This document shows positions 17,063-26,167 of a stretch of 61,671 nt of DNA, one piece after another. This DNA is from Halieaceae bacterium. GTDB taxonomy: Bacteria; Pseudomonadota; Gammaproteobacteria; Pseudomonadales; Halieaceae. Under the pieces are notes generated by a model. It saw nothing but the letters and a program-made list of their open reading frames with translations. It was not told the origin of the DNA and did no database searches. Position 1 is the stretch's first letter. Each line of letters begins with the position of its first letter. The stretch spans positions 1 through 61,671 of the forward strand of contig JALRFH010000186.1 of NCBI GenBank assembly GCA_023253715.1. Reading direction: 5' to 3'. The position numbers and the translations under genes were made by a program.

Positions 17063-17448
17063 GATCCTCAGCGCCGCAGCGTGGCTTTACTTTGGTCGAG
17101 GTCATGGTTGCCCTCGCCGTAGTTGCCGTAGCCTTGCCAGCGCTGCTATTCGTTTACATGCAGCAAGTGGACAACACCGGCTACCTGCGCGACAAATGGT
17201 TGGCCTCGCAAGTCCTCGAAAACAAGTGGACTGAAGTCCAGCTGCTCACGCAAACGCGCGGGTTTAAGCTGGATGGTCAGCAAAGCGGCGACTACACCCT
17301 AGCGGATCGACAGTGGTACTGGTTATTAACGAAAGAAAAAACCGCAGTGGACTTTTTTTTCCGCTACGAGCTTAAAGTCTTTGCGGCGGAAGGCGACGAC
17401 TTGCCGCTGCTGACCCAGGTGTTTTTTCTGCGTGAAGAGGGGGCATGA
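17059..17448 (+). CDS. gspI: T2SS minor pseudopilin GspI
   Basis: RG/FTLVEVMVAL; position in cluster. Confidence 0.9.
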   Translation: MRSSAPQRGFTLVEVMVALAVVAVALPALLFVYMQQVDNTGYLRDKWLASQVLENKWTEVQLLTQTRGFKLDGQQSGDYTLADRQWYWLLTKEKTAVDFFFRYELKVFAAEGDDLPLLTQVFFLREEGA

Positions 17449-18125
17449 TGAGGTGCTCTCGCGAACAGCAAGGCTTCACACTTATCGAGGTGTTGATTGC
17501 CATGGCATTAACGGTGGTAGTGGCAACCATCGCCTACAGTGGTTTATCGGCGGTACTGGATAGCCTCGATCAAACTCGTCAGGCTATGAACAGAACAACC
17601 GAGTTGAGCAAAGCCTTGCGCATGATCAGCCGCGATGTGAATCAAAGCGTTAATCGTTCAATTCGCGATGAGCTCGGCTTTACGGAGCCCGCCATGATCG
17701 GCGGCGACAGTTATCGCGGCATGTTGGGTGTAACGCGCGCGGGTTGGATGAGCATGGGCTCGACACCGCGCAGCCACCTAGAGCGCGTTTATTATTACGT
17801 AGACGAGAACACCTTGTATCGCATGCGCGCAACCGTGCTTGATCGCGGCTATCGCTTAGACCCTGATAACCCATCGGTGCCCGGAGATGGCGCAGTGCCG
17901 ATATTGGAGGGGGTGACTCGATTTGATGTGGTATTTCTGTCACCAGACTTGATTTCAAGTTTGCCGTCTCGTCCGAGCGATGGTCCTCTCGATACCTCGC
18001 GGTGGCTGAGAGATTGGGGTGTCGAGGGAACACCGAATCAAGATTTGCCAGTAGCCTTAGAAATACGCTTAACGGTTGATGGGCTTGGGGACATGGAGCG
18101 CGTTTATGCCTTCCCGCAGTCCTAG
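17445..18125 (+). CDS. gspJ: T2SS minor pseudopilin GspJ
   Basis: QG/FTLIEVLIA, TRAGW, LPVALEI. Confidence 0.9.
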   Translation: MMRCSREQQGFTLIEVLIAMALTVVVATIAYSGLSAVLDSLDQTRQAMNRTTELSKALRMISRDVNQSVNRSIRDELGFTEPAMIGGDSYRGMLGVTRAGWMSMGSTPRSHLERVYYYVDENTLYRMRATVLDRGYRLDPDNPSVPGDGAVPILEGVTRFDVVFLSPDLISSLPSRPSDGPLDTSRWLRDWGVEGTPNQDLPVALEIRLTVDGLGDMERVYAFPQS

Positions 18126-19125
18126 TCGCCAAAGCGGTGCCGCACTGGTGGTTGCCCTGCTGATTTTTGCTCTGTGTGCGGCTTTGCTGGTCAGCATTGA
18201 AAAAGAAGGGCAGCTGTTTTATCAGCGCATGGCCAACGGTTTTCAAGGGCAGCAAACCTACGCCTATTTATTGGGGGCAGAGCAATTGGCCTTTAATTTA
18301 TTGCAGCTCGATAATGAGTTGGATGCTCAGACTGAGGTGCCACGCGACACTTTAATGGAAGTCTGGGCTGAGCAAAGTCCACCGTACCCCTTGGACGAGG
18401 GCGGTTATTTGGTGGGTCGCTTGGTGGATCTAGAGGGGCGTTTTAATTTGAACACCTTGGTGGGCAACACCGGTGCTACGGATGCTGCCGCCTTGACCGT
18501 GGACCAGCGTATTTTTGTGCGCTTGCTGCTGACTTTAGGTGACGAGGATGGCCCTTTGCTGGACCGCTTTCAAGCTGTCGCGATCGTGAACGCGATTGGC
18601 GACTGGCTGGATGGCGATGCCAACCCGCGAACCAATGGGGCAGAGGATTTGGTCTACCAATCTAAGCAACCACCCTATCGCGCGGCTAATCAAATGTGGG
18701 TGAGCCCCAGTGAATTGATGGCGGTTGAGGGGATGACCTGGGCAATTTACCAGGAGCTTGCACCCTTGGTCACGATTTGGCCCGATGACGGTGGTAAAAT
18801 CAATATCCATACGGCGCCAGCCCAAGTACTACAGGCTTTACCGGGTGGTGAAGAGCTTGAGCCTAAGACGGCTTCCGAGGTACAAATGCTGGTGGACCAA
18901 CGTGATCAACTCGGGTTTGGTTCGGTGGATGAATTGTTGCAAGATCCGTTTTTTAGTGAAAATGATCGCGCTGCGCTGCAGCCCTTATTGACTGAGAAAA
19001 CGAATACATTTTTACTGATGGCCGAAGCCTCCGTTGCAGAACGGCCTCAGCAACTATACTCTGTGATCTCGCGCAAAAACGGGCAGTTTCGCGTGCTGAC
19101 TCGGGTGCAAGGAACGAGTTTATGA
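18106..19125 (+). CDS. gspK: T2SS minor pseudopilin GspK
   Basis: QSG/AALVVAL, DLEGRFNLN, DWLDGD, ININTA-like INIHTA. Confidence 0.92.
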   Translation: MPSRSPSRQSGAALVVALLIFALCAALLVSIEKEGQLFYQRMANGFQGQQTYAYLLGAEQLAFNLLQLDNELDAQTEVPRDTLMEVWAEQSPPYPLDEGGYLVGRLVDLEGRFNLNTLVGNTGATDAAALTVDQRIFVRLLLTLGDEDGPLLDRFQAVAIVNAIGDWLDGDANPRTNGAEDLVYQSKQPPYRAANQMWVSPSELMAVEGMTWAIYQELAPLVTIWPDDGGKINIHTAPAQVLQALPGGEELEPKTASEVQMLVDQRDQLGFGSVDELLQDPFFSENDRAALQPLLTEKTNTFLLMAEASVAERPQQLYSVISRKNGQFRVLTRVQGTSL

Positions 19126-19147
19126 GAACCAACAAACGAGGTTGGGT

Positions 19148-20335
19148 GTGAAAGCCGTACTAAAATACGATGAATCGGGCGTGTTGGTGTTGCAGCAGTT
19201 GCGGGTGCACAGTGGCCCAATACCCGTTGCGACACCCGAGGGCATGGCGCAGCTTAACGCGCTGTTGCAGAGTGATCGCAATTCGGTGGTTTTTGCCTTT
19301 CCCAGTGAACACGCGACCTTACTGACCCATCCGGTGGCGAAAGCCGAGCGCAAGGTACTTTCGCAATCACTGCCCTACAGTGTAGAGGACCGCTTGGCGG
19401 AGGATATTGATGAGCTGCATTTCGCGCACCGTTGGATCGATGACGATGAAGTTGCGGTGGCGGTTGTAAGAAAGACCTTGATGAACGAATGGCTACAAGA
19501 ACCGGCCATCAATCCCGTTGCGCACTGGGTCCCAGATACCTTACTGTTGCCCGCGTCGCCAGACCAGTGGGTCGTGGTGGTTGAGTCTGGGCGCTGCTTG
19601 GTCAGAATATCGGAACGGCAAGCTTTTGTGTGTCAGCCTGATTTAGTGAACGTATTTTTAAGTGCGAGTCTAGAGTCTGGTGCGCCAACATCAATCGTGG
19701 TGTATTGCCAATCTGACGCCGAATTGCCGGACTTAGATCCCTCAGTTAAGGCATTGATACAGGTGCGTAAAGGGGCTTGGTTGGATGCTGTGATGATGAA
19801 CAGTGATGTACCCACCTTGCTCAATCTTCGTCAGGGAAGTTATGTCTCGGTTTTGCCCTGGGCTAAATGGTGGCGTCACTGGCGCTGGGTTGCCGCAACA
19901 TTGTTGGTCGCTGTGCTGGTCCAAGGGGCGTTATCCTACGCGCAGTGGCAGCAGGCACAAGACGTCAATCTAGAGATTCGGCGCGATATTGAAGCGCGCT
20001 ATCGAGAGGTGTATCCCCAAGGAGCGATTGTCGATCCCGAGAAGCAACTCGAGCGCCAGTTGCGCTCTTTGAGGGGCGACGCCCAAAGCGCTGGGTTTAT
20101 GAGTTTACTCGAGCAAGCAGGTGCCGTGCTGAGATCGGTGCCTGGTACACAGGTGTTGAATTTGAATTACACCGATCGTAACGGTCAGTTGGGTTTGACC
20201 TTAATAGCCAGTGATTTTGCGGCATTAGAAACGCTACGTACCCAGCTGAGCAATGCCGGTCTTAAGGTCGAGTTAGAAAATTCGAATGCGCAGGGTGATC
20301 AAGTGCGCGCTAGAATGCGTGTGGGAGGGCCGTAA
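19148..20335 (+). CDS. gspL: T2SS protein GspL
   Basis: LPYSVEDRLAEDIDELHFA, PDTLLLP, NLRQGSY then TM; GTG at 19148 follows a GAGG RBS (ORF track TTG 19142 is also possible). Confidence 0.9.
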   Translation: MKAVLKYDESGVLVLQQLRVHSGPIPVATPEGMAQLNALLQSDRNSVVFAFPSEHATLLTHPVAKAERKVLSQSLPYSVEDRLAEDIDELHFAHRWIDDDEVAVAVVRKTLMNEWLQEPAINPVAHWVPDTLLLPASPDQWVVVVESGRCLVRISERQAFVCQPDLVNVFLSASLESGAPTSIVVYCQSDAELPDLDPSVKALIQVRKGAWLDAVMMNSDVPTLLNLRQGSYVSVLPWAKWWRHWRWVAATLLVAVLVQGALSYAQWQQAQDVNLEIRRDIEARYREVYPQGAIVDPEKQLERQLRSLRGDAQSAGFMSLLEQAGAVLRSVPGTQVLNLNYTDRNGQLGLTLIASDFAALETLRTQLSNAGLKVELENSNAQGDQVRARMRVGGP

Positions 20336-20805
20336 TGAAAGCATGGTTTTTTGCGCGAACGCAAAGCGAGCAGCTCAGCCTGGTCGTGCTTGGCTTGTTT
20401 TTGCTTTCGTATGGCGTGTTAATTGGGGTGTTGACCCCTTTGCAGGACGCGCGCGATGAGGCTATTCAGCAGAACGCGCGAGCGCTCGAAGTTAAGCAAC
20501 GCGTTAACACCATGGTGGCAGAGATTCAATCGTTACGCGGCAAAGGAAATAGCGGTGGTCCTAAAACGACACTGATGAATGTGATTAACCAAGCCAGTCA
20601 AGCAGAGGGCTTAGCCATTGCTCGATTGCAACCCAGTAGTAACGGTGAGTTGCAAGTGCGGTTCGAGGGCGTTGAGTTTAATGATGTGGCGCAGTTTTTA
20701 TACGCTCTGGAAATCCAGCAGGGTGTCATTGTGCGAGAGGTCAACTTGTCGCAGTCTGATGTAGGTGTTGTAGCAGCAACCATACGCTTGGCACAAGGTG
20801 GGTAA
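20335..20805 (+). CDS. gspM: T2SS protein GspM
   Basis: N-terminal TM, coiled coil, ferredoxin-like C-terminus; TAATG coupling after gspL. Confidence 0.85.
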   Translation: MKAWFFARTQSEQLSLVVLGLFLLSYGVLIGVLTPLQDARDEAIQQNARALEVKQRVNTMVAEIQSLRGKGNSGGPKTTLMNVINQASQAEGLAIARLQPSSNGELQVRFEGVEFNDVAQFLYALEIQQGVIVREVNLSQSDVGVVAATIRLAQGG

Positions 20806-21550
20806 AGTGCAAATTCGCTATGCGATAGGCCTGTTTGCGATGGTGTTTTTTGGCAGTGTTGTCGTGAATACACCCGCTGGTTTGTTGGTCGAACCTTTGG
20901 CGCGGCAACACGTGTTCTTGGAGGGTGTCAGCGGCTCGATCTGGCGCGGTCAGGCGCAGAATTTATCGGCCCGGGCCAATGGCGAAGTGATTAGCTGGGG
21001 GCGAGTGCAGTGGCAGTTGTCACCGCTGAGCCTTTTAAGTTTGGCACCTTCCTTGCAATTCTCGACCGAGCTCGGTAGCCAGTGGTTACAGGCAGAGGTG
21101 CGAGTCCACGATTTGGACGCTATCCAACTGAACGACGTGCAGGGCAGAATACCCGCAGGCTTGGTTCGTTTGTTTGCACCGCTGTCGGTTGATGGGGCGT
21201 TTGAATTTCATTTTCCGCGCTTAGAATGGTCTCAAAGCGAGGGAGTGTTAGCCCTTGAGGGCGCCTTACGCTGGATTAATGGTGTCTGGATAACGCAGAT
21301 TGATCGTGTGCGTTTGGGGACTTATGTGTTGGCGCTGGAGTCCAAGGGAGACGAGATAACAGGTCTAGTTTCTACGGTGAAAGGCCCTGTGCAAGTCACA
21401 GGAGACTTACGCGCTCGACAGCAGAATTATTCGCTAGATGTCCGGATAGAGCCCAGCGGTCCCGCTGAGCAGCGTCTGCGAGACAACCTAGCACTTATTG
21501 CGCAAGCAGAGGGCAGCGGCTTGCGTATCAAATTGTCCGGTCAGTATTAA
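20798..21550 (+). CDS. gspN: T2SS protein GspN
   Basis: GVSGSIWRGQA and WQLSPLSLL signature; last gene of the cluster. Confidence 0.85.
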   Translation: MGKVQIRYAIGLFAMVFFGSVVVNTPAGLLVEPLARQHVFLEGVSGSIWRGQAQNLSARANGEVISWGRVQWQLSPLSLLSLAPSLQFSTELGSQWLQAEVRVHDLDAIQLNDVQGRIPAGLVRLFAPLSVDGAFEFHFPRLEWSQSEGVLALEGALRWINGVWITQIDRVRLGTYVLALESKGDEITGLVSTVKGPVQVTGDLRARQQNYSLDVRIEPSGPAEQRLRDNLALIAQAEGSGLRIKLSGQY

Positions 21551-21578
21551 ACTGACGGAATTTTACTAAGGAGGCCAT

Positions 21579-23336
21579 GTGGCGATTCTTTCACAGTTGC
21601 GTACCCAAATGCGGCAACTCGGTTTAGAGGCTTTGATTGTTCCCCGAGCCGACGAATTTTTGGGGGAATATATTCCAGAGTCTAATGAACGTATGCGATT
21701 CGTTAGTCAATTCACTGGATCGGCAGGATTAGTCATCGTTACGAGTACTAAGGCTGCGGTGTTCGTGGATGGTCGTTACACGGTGCAAGTGAAACGCCAA
21801 GTCGATACCGTAGAATTTGAGATAGGTGACTTGGGCGATGCTCAGGCGATGGCGTGGCTTGAGGCCAACACCGCGGCGGGCGCCAGAGTAGGTGTGGATG
21901 CCAAAACAGTGTGCCAAACGCAATTTGAACGGTGGCAGAGTCTGTTACAAGAGCGTGCGCTGATTGATACCGTGAATAATGTGATCGATACGGTGTGGAG
22001 CGACCGCCCTACGGTGGTCGCTCGGCAAGGCTTTACGCTGGCGCAGTCTTACACCGGTGAAGCCTCAGAATCGAAACGCACCCGCCTCGGGCAAACCTTA
22101 CAAGATATGGGCTTGCAGGGTTTTTGGGTGTTTTTACCGGAATCGGTCTCTTGGTTATTGAACGTGCGTGGCAGCGACATTCCTCAACTGCCCATTTTGC
22201 AAAGTCATGCTCTGCTGAAGGCTGACGGCACTGTGCAGTGGTTTATCGAGGCCTCCAGAGTGCCCGCCGATTGGCAGGCGCAGGTTGGCCTAGGGGTCAG
22301 TGTCCACGCGCCTCAGGAGTTGACCGAAGTCTTGCAAGAGTGGTCGGGTCAAGCCGTTGGGGCTGATCCCTTGAACACCAATGCCGCCTCGTGGCAGGCA
22401 ATGTTAAATCAGGGGGTGCTGGTCATCTCTAAACCCTGCCCCGTGATGGCCGCCAAGGCGGCCAAGAATCGGGTTGAGGTTGAAGGTACGCGCCAGGCAC
22501 ACAAGCGTGACGCTGCAGCCAAAGCGACCTTTCTCGCCTGGATTGATCATACAGTGGCTTCCGGCCAATTTCCCAACGAGGCCCAACTGGCCGATAAACT
22601 GCATGCGTGCCGCTGTCACAACCCTGAGTTTTTGGAGCCCTCATTCAGTACGATTTCTGCTGCGGGGCCTAATGGTGCCTTGTGTCACTACAATCATCGC
22701 AATGGTACTCCGGGCTCGTTGATCAACAATTCACTGTATTTAGTGGACAGTGGTGGTCAGTATTTGGATGGCACTACCGACGTCACTCGAACCGTCGCGA
22801 TTGGCACGCCGAGCGAGGAAATGCGACGCAATTTTACTTTAGTGTTGAAAGGGCATATTGCTCTAGCTCAGATCCGGTTTCCCAAGGGGACTTCTGGCAT
22901 GCAATTGGACAGCTTGGCACGACAGTTTTTGTGGCAGCAGGAGCTCGACTTTGAACACGGTACCGGACACGGTGTGGGCAGTTATTTAAGTGTACATGAG
23001 GGGCCTCAGCGAATCGCAAAGGCTGGCAGCCCGACGCCTTTGGAGAAGGGCATGATCGTGTCCAATGAGCCAGGGTATTACAAAGAGGATGAATACGGTA
23101 TTCGCTGCGAAAACCTTCAGGTTGTCGTGAGCGGAGATCGGGAAGGTTTTTACGCCTTTGAAACCCTGACCTTGCTCCCGTTTGATTGTCGGCTTATGGT
23201 ATTGGACATGCTGACGGCGGATGAAATAAGCTGGCTCAACGCGTACCATGCACGAGTTAATGCCGAAGTGGGTCCATTAGTGGATGCTGACACTCGAGCT
23301 TGGTTACAGCAGGCAACGGAGCCTTTATCCGCGTGA
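21579..23336 (+). CDS. Xaa-Pro aminopeptidase (M24B, three-domain aminopeptidase P)
   Basis: FTGSAG, DGRY, DSGGQYLDGTTDVTRT, HGTGHGVG, VHEGP, SNEPGYY, GIRCEN. Confidence 0.93.
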   Translation: MAILSQLRTQMRQLGLEALIVPRADEFLGEYIPESNERMRFVSQFTGSAGLVIVTSTKAAVFVDGRYTVQVKRQVDTVEFEIGDLGDAQAMAWLEANTAAGARVGVDAKTVCQTQFERWQSLLQERALIDTVNNVIDTVWSDRPTVVARQGFTLAQSYTGEASESKRTRLGQTLQDMGLQGFWVFLPESVSWLLNVRGSDIPQLPILQSHALLKADGTVQWFIEASRVPADWQAQVGLGVSVHAPQELTEVLQEWSGQAVGADPLNTNAASWQAMLNQGVLVISKPCPVMAAKAAKNRVEVEGTRQAHKRDAAAKATFLAWIDHTVASGQFPNEAQLADKLHACRCHNPEFLEPSFSTISAAGPNGALCHYNHRNGTPGSLINNSLYLVDSGGQYLDGTTDVTRTVAIGTPSEEMRRNFTLVLKGHIALAQIRFPKGTSGMQLDSLARQFLWQQELDFEHGTGHGVGSYLSVHEGPQRIAKAGSPTPLEKGMIVSNEPGYYKEDEYGIRCENLQVVVSGDREGFYAFETLTLLPFDCRLMVLDMLTADEISWLNAYHARVNAEVGPLVDADTRAWLQQATEPLSA

Positions 23337-23366
23337 TGTTGGCATTTACTCGCAATTGCACACGAC

Positions 23367-23374
23367 AATAACAA
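23367..23374 (+). promoter_or_regulatory. AANAANAA (Hfq/Crc CA-like) motif beside the RBS
   Basis: AATAACAA immediately upstream of AGGAG and ATG 23389. Confidence 0.4.
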
Positions 23375-23388
23375 CCTAGGAGAAGGCT

Positions 23389-24738
23389 ATGGCAGCAGTA
23401 GGACTACACGATCACTGGTCGTCGCGTTGGACGTTTTTGATGGCATCCATCGGTTTCGCGGTGGGTCTCGGTAACATCTGGCGCTTCCCCTACGTCACAG
23501 GGGAAAACGGCGGAGCGGCTTTTGTTTTGGTGTATTTAGCATGCGTTGTTGTGATTGGTATTCCCTGCATGATGGCTGAAATCATGTTGGGGCGACGAGG
23601 GCAGGGCAGTCCAACGACGGCCGTTGCTGCCGTTGCCAAAGAAAGTGGTGCTAGCACTCGTTGGCGTTTTATCGGCGGCATGGGCTTATGGGCCGCGTTC
23701 ACGATTGAGGTGGTTTACGCGGGTATTGTTGGTTGGGTTCTTTGGTACCTCTACAAGGCTATCATGACCGGATTCGCAGGCTACGACGGTGCCGTCGCGG
23801 CGGATGAATTCACCGGTATGCTCGCGAATACTGAGGGTATGCTGCTCTGGACCCTGGTGGGATTAGGCGTTACTGGTGGCATTATCTATGCGGGCGTGAA
23901 AAATGGTATTGAGCGAGCGGTCAGTATCATGATGCCAATGCTGTTCTTGTTGTTGGTGGGCTTGGCAATCTACAACGTATTCGCCGGTGGATTTTCCGAG
24001 GCGCTACGCTGGTTATTTACGCCAGATTTTTCAAAGATTAGCGCGGATGTGTTTCTTATCGCGGTGGGGCAGGCCTTTTTCAGTATTGGCGTCGCCATGG
24101 CCGGTATGATGGTGTACGGAGCCTACCTGCCAAAGTCTGTTTCGATAGGCAAAAGCGCAGCGATTATTATTTTTGCGGACACTTTGGTAGCCCTGGTAGC
24201 GGGCCTGGTGATTTTTCCAGCGGTGTTTAACAATGGCCTAGACCCTGCTGCAGGTCCTGGACTTATTTTTCAGACCTTGCCAGTCGCTTTTGCGCAAATG
24301 CCAGGTGGCCACGTTTTTGCCTCGCTGTTTTTTGTGATGTTGTCTGTAGCTGGTATTACCTCCATGGTCGGCTTGGTTGAGGGTTTAATTGCCTACATGG
24401 AAGACCGTCATGCGATGGCGCGACACAAAGCCACTTTGGTGGTCATGGGTGCTGTGGCGGTGCTGAGCGTATTGAGCTTGTTATCTTACAATGTGTTGGA
24501 TCATATCAAAGTCGCTGGGCTTAACTTTAACGATGCGATGGATTTCTTGTCGAATCAATTATTGCTGCCTCTCGGTGGATTATTTATTGCCCTATTTGCG
24601 GGTTGGGTCATGCACGAAGAGCTCAGTAAAGAAGAATTAGCGACGAGTGAGGGTTTGTATTCGGTGTGGCGTTTTACTACGCGCTTTATTGTACCCCCCG
24701 CATTGGCCGTGATTTTTTACTTCGGTATTGTGGGGTAG
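23389..24738 (+). CDS. Sodium-dependent transporter, NSS/SNF family
   Basis: WSSRWTF, AVGLGNIWRFPY, GQAFFSIG, GPGLIFQTLP. Confidence 0.93.
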   Translation: MAAVGLHDHWSSRWTFLMASIGFAVGLGNIWRFPYVTGENGGAAFVLVYLACVVVIGIPCMMAEIMLGRRGQGSPTTAVAAVAKESGASTRWRFIGGMGLWAAFTIEVVYAGIVGWVLWYLYKAIMTGFAGYDGAVAADEFTGMLANTEGMLLWTLVGLGVTGGIIYAGVKNGIERAVSIMMPMLFLLLVGLAIYNVFAGGFSEALRWLFTPDFSKISADVFLIAVGQAFFSIGVAMAGMMVYGAYLPKSVSIGKSAAIIIFADTLVALVAGLVIFPAVFNNGLDPAAGPGLIFQTLPVAFAQMPGGHVFASLFFVMLSVAGITSMVGLVEGLIAYMEDRHAMARHKATLVVMGAVAVLSVLSLLSYNVLDHIKVAGLNFNDAMDFLSNQLLLPLGGLFIALFAGWVMHEELSKEELATSEGLYSVWRFTTRFIVPPALAVIFYFGIVG

Positions 24739-24742
24739 CGCT

Positions 24743-26167
24743 ATGATTTCTGTTGTGAACGATTGGTTATGGAATTATGTCCTGATTGCCGTGTTGCTGA
24801 CGATGGGTGTGTTTTTTACGGTCAGTACGCGCGGGGTGCAGTTTCGTTATTTTGGCCGTATGTTTGGCGTGTTGCGTCAAGCGTTTCATCACGAGCAAGG
24901 TCATTTAAGCTCCTTCCAAGCCTTAGCCGTATCGGTAGCCGGGCGCGTAGGCTCGGGAAACATTGCGGGTGTTGCGGTTGCGATTACTCTGGGCGGTCCT
25001 GGTGCCATATTTTGGATGTGGTTGATTGGGTTAATGGGTATGGCGACCAGCGTCATAGAATGTTCGCTGGCTCAGCTATTCAAACGCGCAGAACCAAACG
25101 GTGCCTATCGAGGTGGCCCAGCGTTTTACATCAAGCATGGTTTAAAGAAACCTAAGCTTGCAACCGTGTACTCCGTACTTCTGCTGATTACCTTCGGTTT
25201 GGCCTTTCCGGCCTTGCAATCGTTTGTGGTTGCCAGCTCGCTGGAGTCGTCTTTTGGGTTTAGCACGCTGACGAGCGGACTGATTTTAACCGCCTGTGTT
25301 GCCTTTGTTATCTTTGGCGGAATCCATCGCATTGCTAAGGTCAGCGAGATCATCGTGCCCCTAATGGCGGTGGGTTATTTTGCGCTGGCCGTCTACATTT
25401 TACTTATGCACGCAGCGGAATTGCCTGGCATTGTGGCCTTGATTGTCAAAAGTGCTTTGGGGCTGGATTCCGCCATCGGCGGTGGTATTGGCGCCGCTAT
25501 TTTGCAGGGTGTGCGTCGAGGCCTGTTCTCGAATGAGGCCGGCTTGGGTAGTGCGCCCAATGTGGCGGCAGTTGCTTACGTCAAGCATCCCGTTAATCAA
25601 GGTATTGTTCAGGCCTTTAGCGTATTCATTGATACCTTGCTACTGTGTACCGCAACGGCGGCTATGATTTTGTTGTCAGATGCTTATACACCCGGGGTGG
25701 AGGGTGTTGAGGGCGTGGCTTTGACTCAGCGCGCGGTCGCCGAACAAGTAGGCGCTTGGGGTGAGACCTATGTCAGTATTGCCTTAATCCTGTTTGCGTT
25801 TAGCTCGATCGTGTACAACTACTACTTGGGCGAAAATAGCTTGGACTATTTTAGTGAAGAAAACCAAACACTCTTTAATGGATTCCGACTGGGTATTCTG
25901 GGTTTGGTGTTTTGGGGTTCAATGCAAGATCTTGGCACCATTTTCAGCTTTGCCGATTTAACCATGGGCTTATTGGCCGTCGTGAACTTACTGGGCTTAG
26001 GCTTGTTGGCACCCGTGGCGGGCCGTTTACTGCGAGATTACGATCAGAAGGTGGCCGGTGGTCAGGAAGCGGTGTTTGACGCCGATGAATGGCGTGATTT
26101 AGACATAGATCCAAAAGCGTGGGCCGATGTCAAAGTACCGGCGAAAGCAGACGCGCCAGCGCCATAG
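24743..26167 (+). CDS. Alanine/glycine:cation symporter (AGCS family)
   Basis: GRVGSGNIAGVA, GGPGAIFWMW, RGGPAFYI, RGLFSNEAGLGSAP. Confidence 0.94.
   Translation: MISVVNDWLWNYVLIAVLLTMGVFFTVSTRGVQFRYFGRMFGVLRQAFHHEQGHLSSFQALAVSVAGRVGSGNIAGVAVAITLGGPGAIFWMWLIGLMGMATSVIECSLAQLFKRAEPNGAYRGGPAFYIKHGLKKPKLATVYSVLLLITFGLAFPALQSFVVASSLESSFGFSTLTSGLILTACVAFVIFGGIHRIAKVSEIIVPLMAVGYFALAVYILLMHAAELPGIVALIVKSALGLDSAIGGGIGAAILQGVRRGLFSNEAGLGSAPNVAAVAYVKHPVNQGIVQAFSVFIDTLLLCTATAAMILLSDAYTPGVEGVEGVALTQRAVAEQVGAWGETYVSIALILFAFSSIVYNYYLGENSLDYFSEENQTLFNGFRLGILGLVFWGSMQDLGTIFSFADLTMGLLAVVNLLGLGLLAPVAGRLLRDYDQKVAGGQEAVFDADEWRDLDIDPKAWADVKVPAKADAPAP

Noticed and set aside
19122-19151. ATG overlapping the gspK stop, suggesting a frameshifted gspL start or leader peptide
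   Set aside because: It closes after 9 codons; gspL has its own GAGG RBS and GTG/TTG start and is of normal length.
23340-23353. Possible sigma54 promoter TGGCA...GC before the NSS transporter
   Set aside because: GG-to-GC spacing is 9 nt; sigma54 requires 10.
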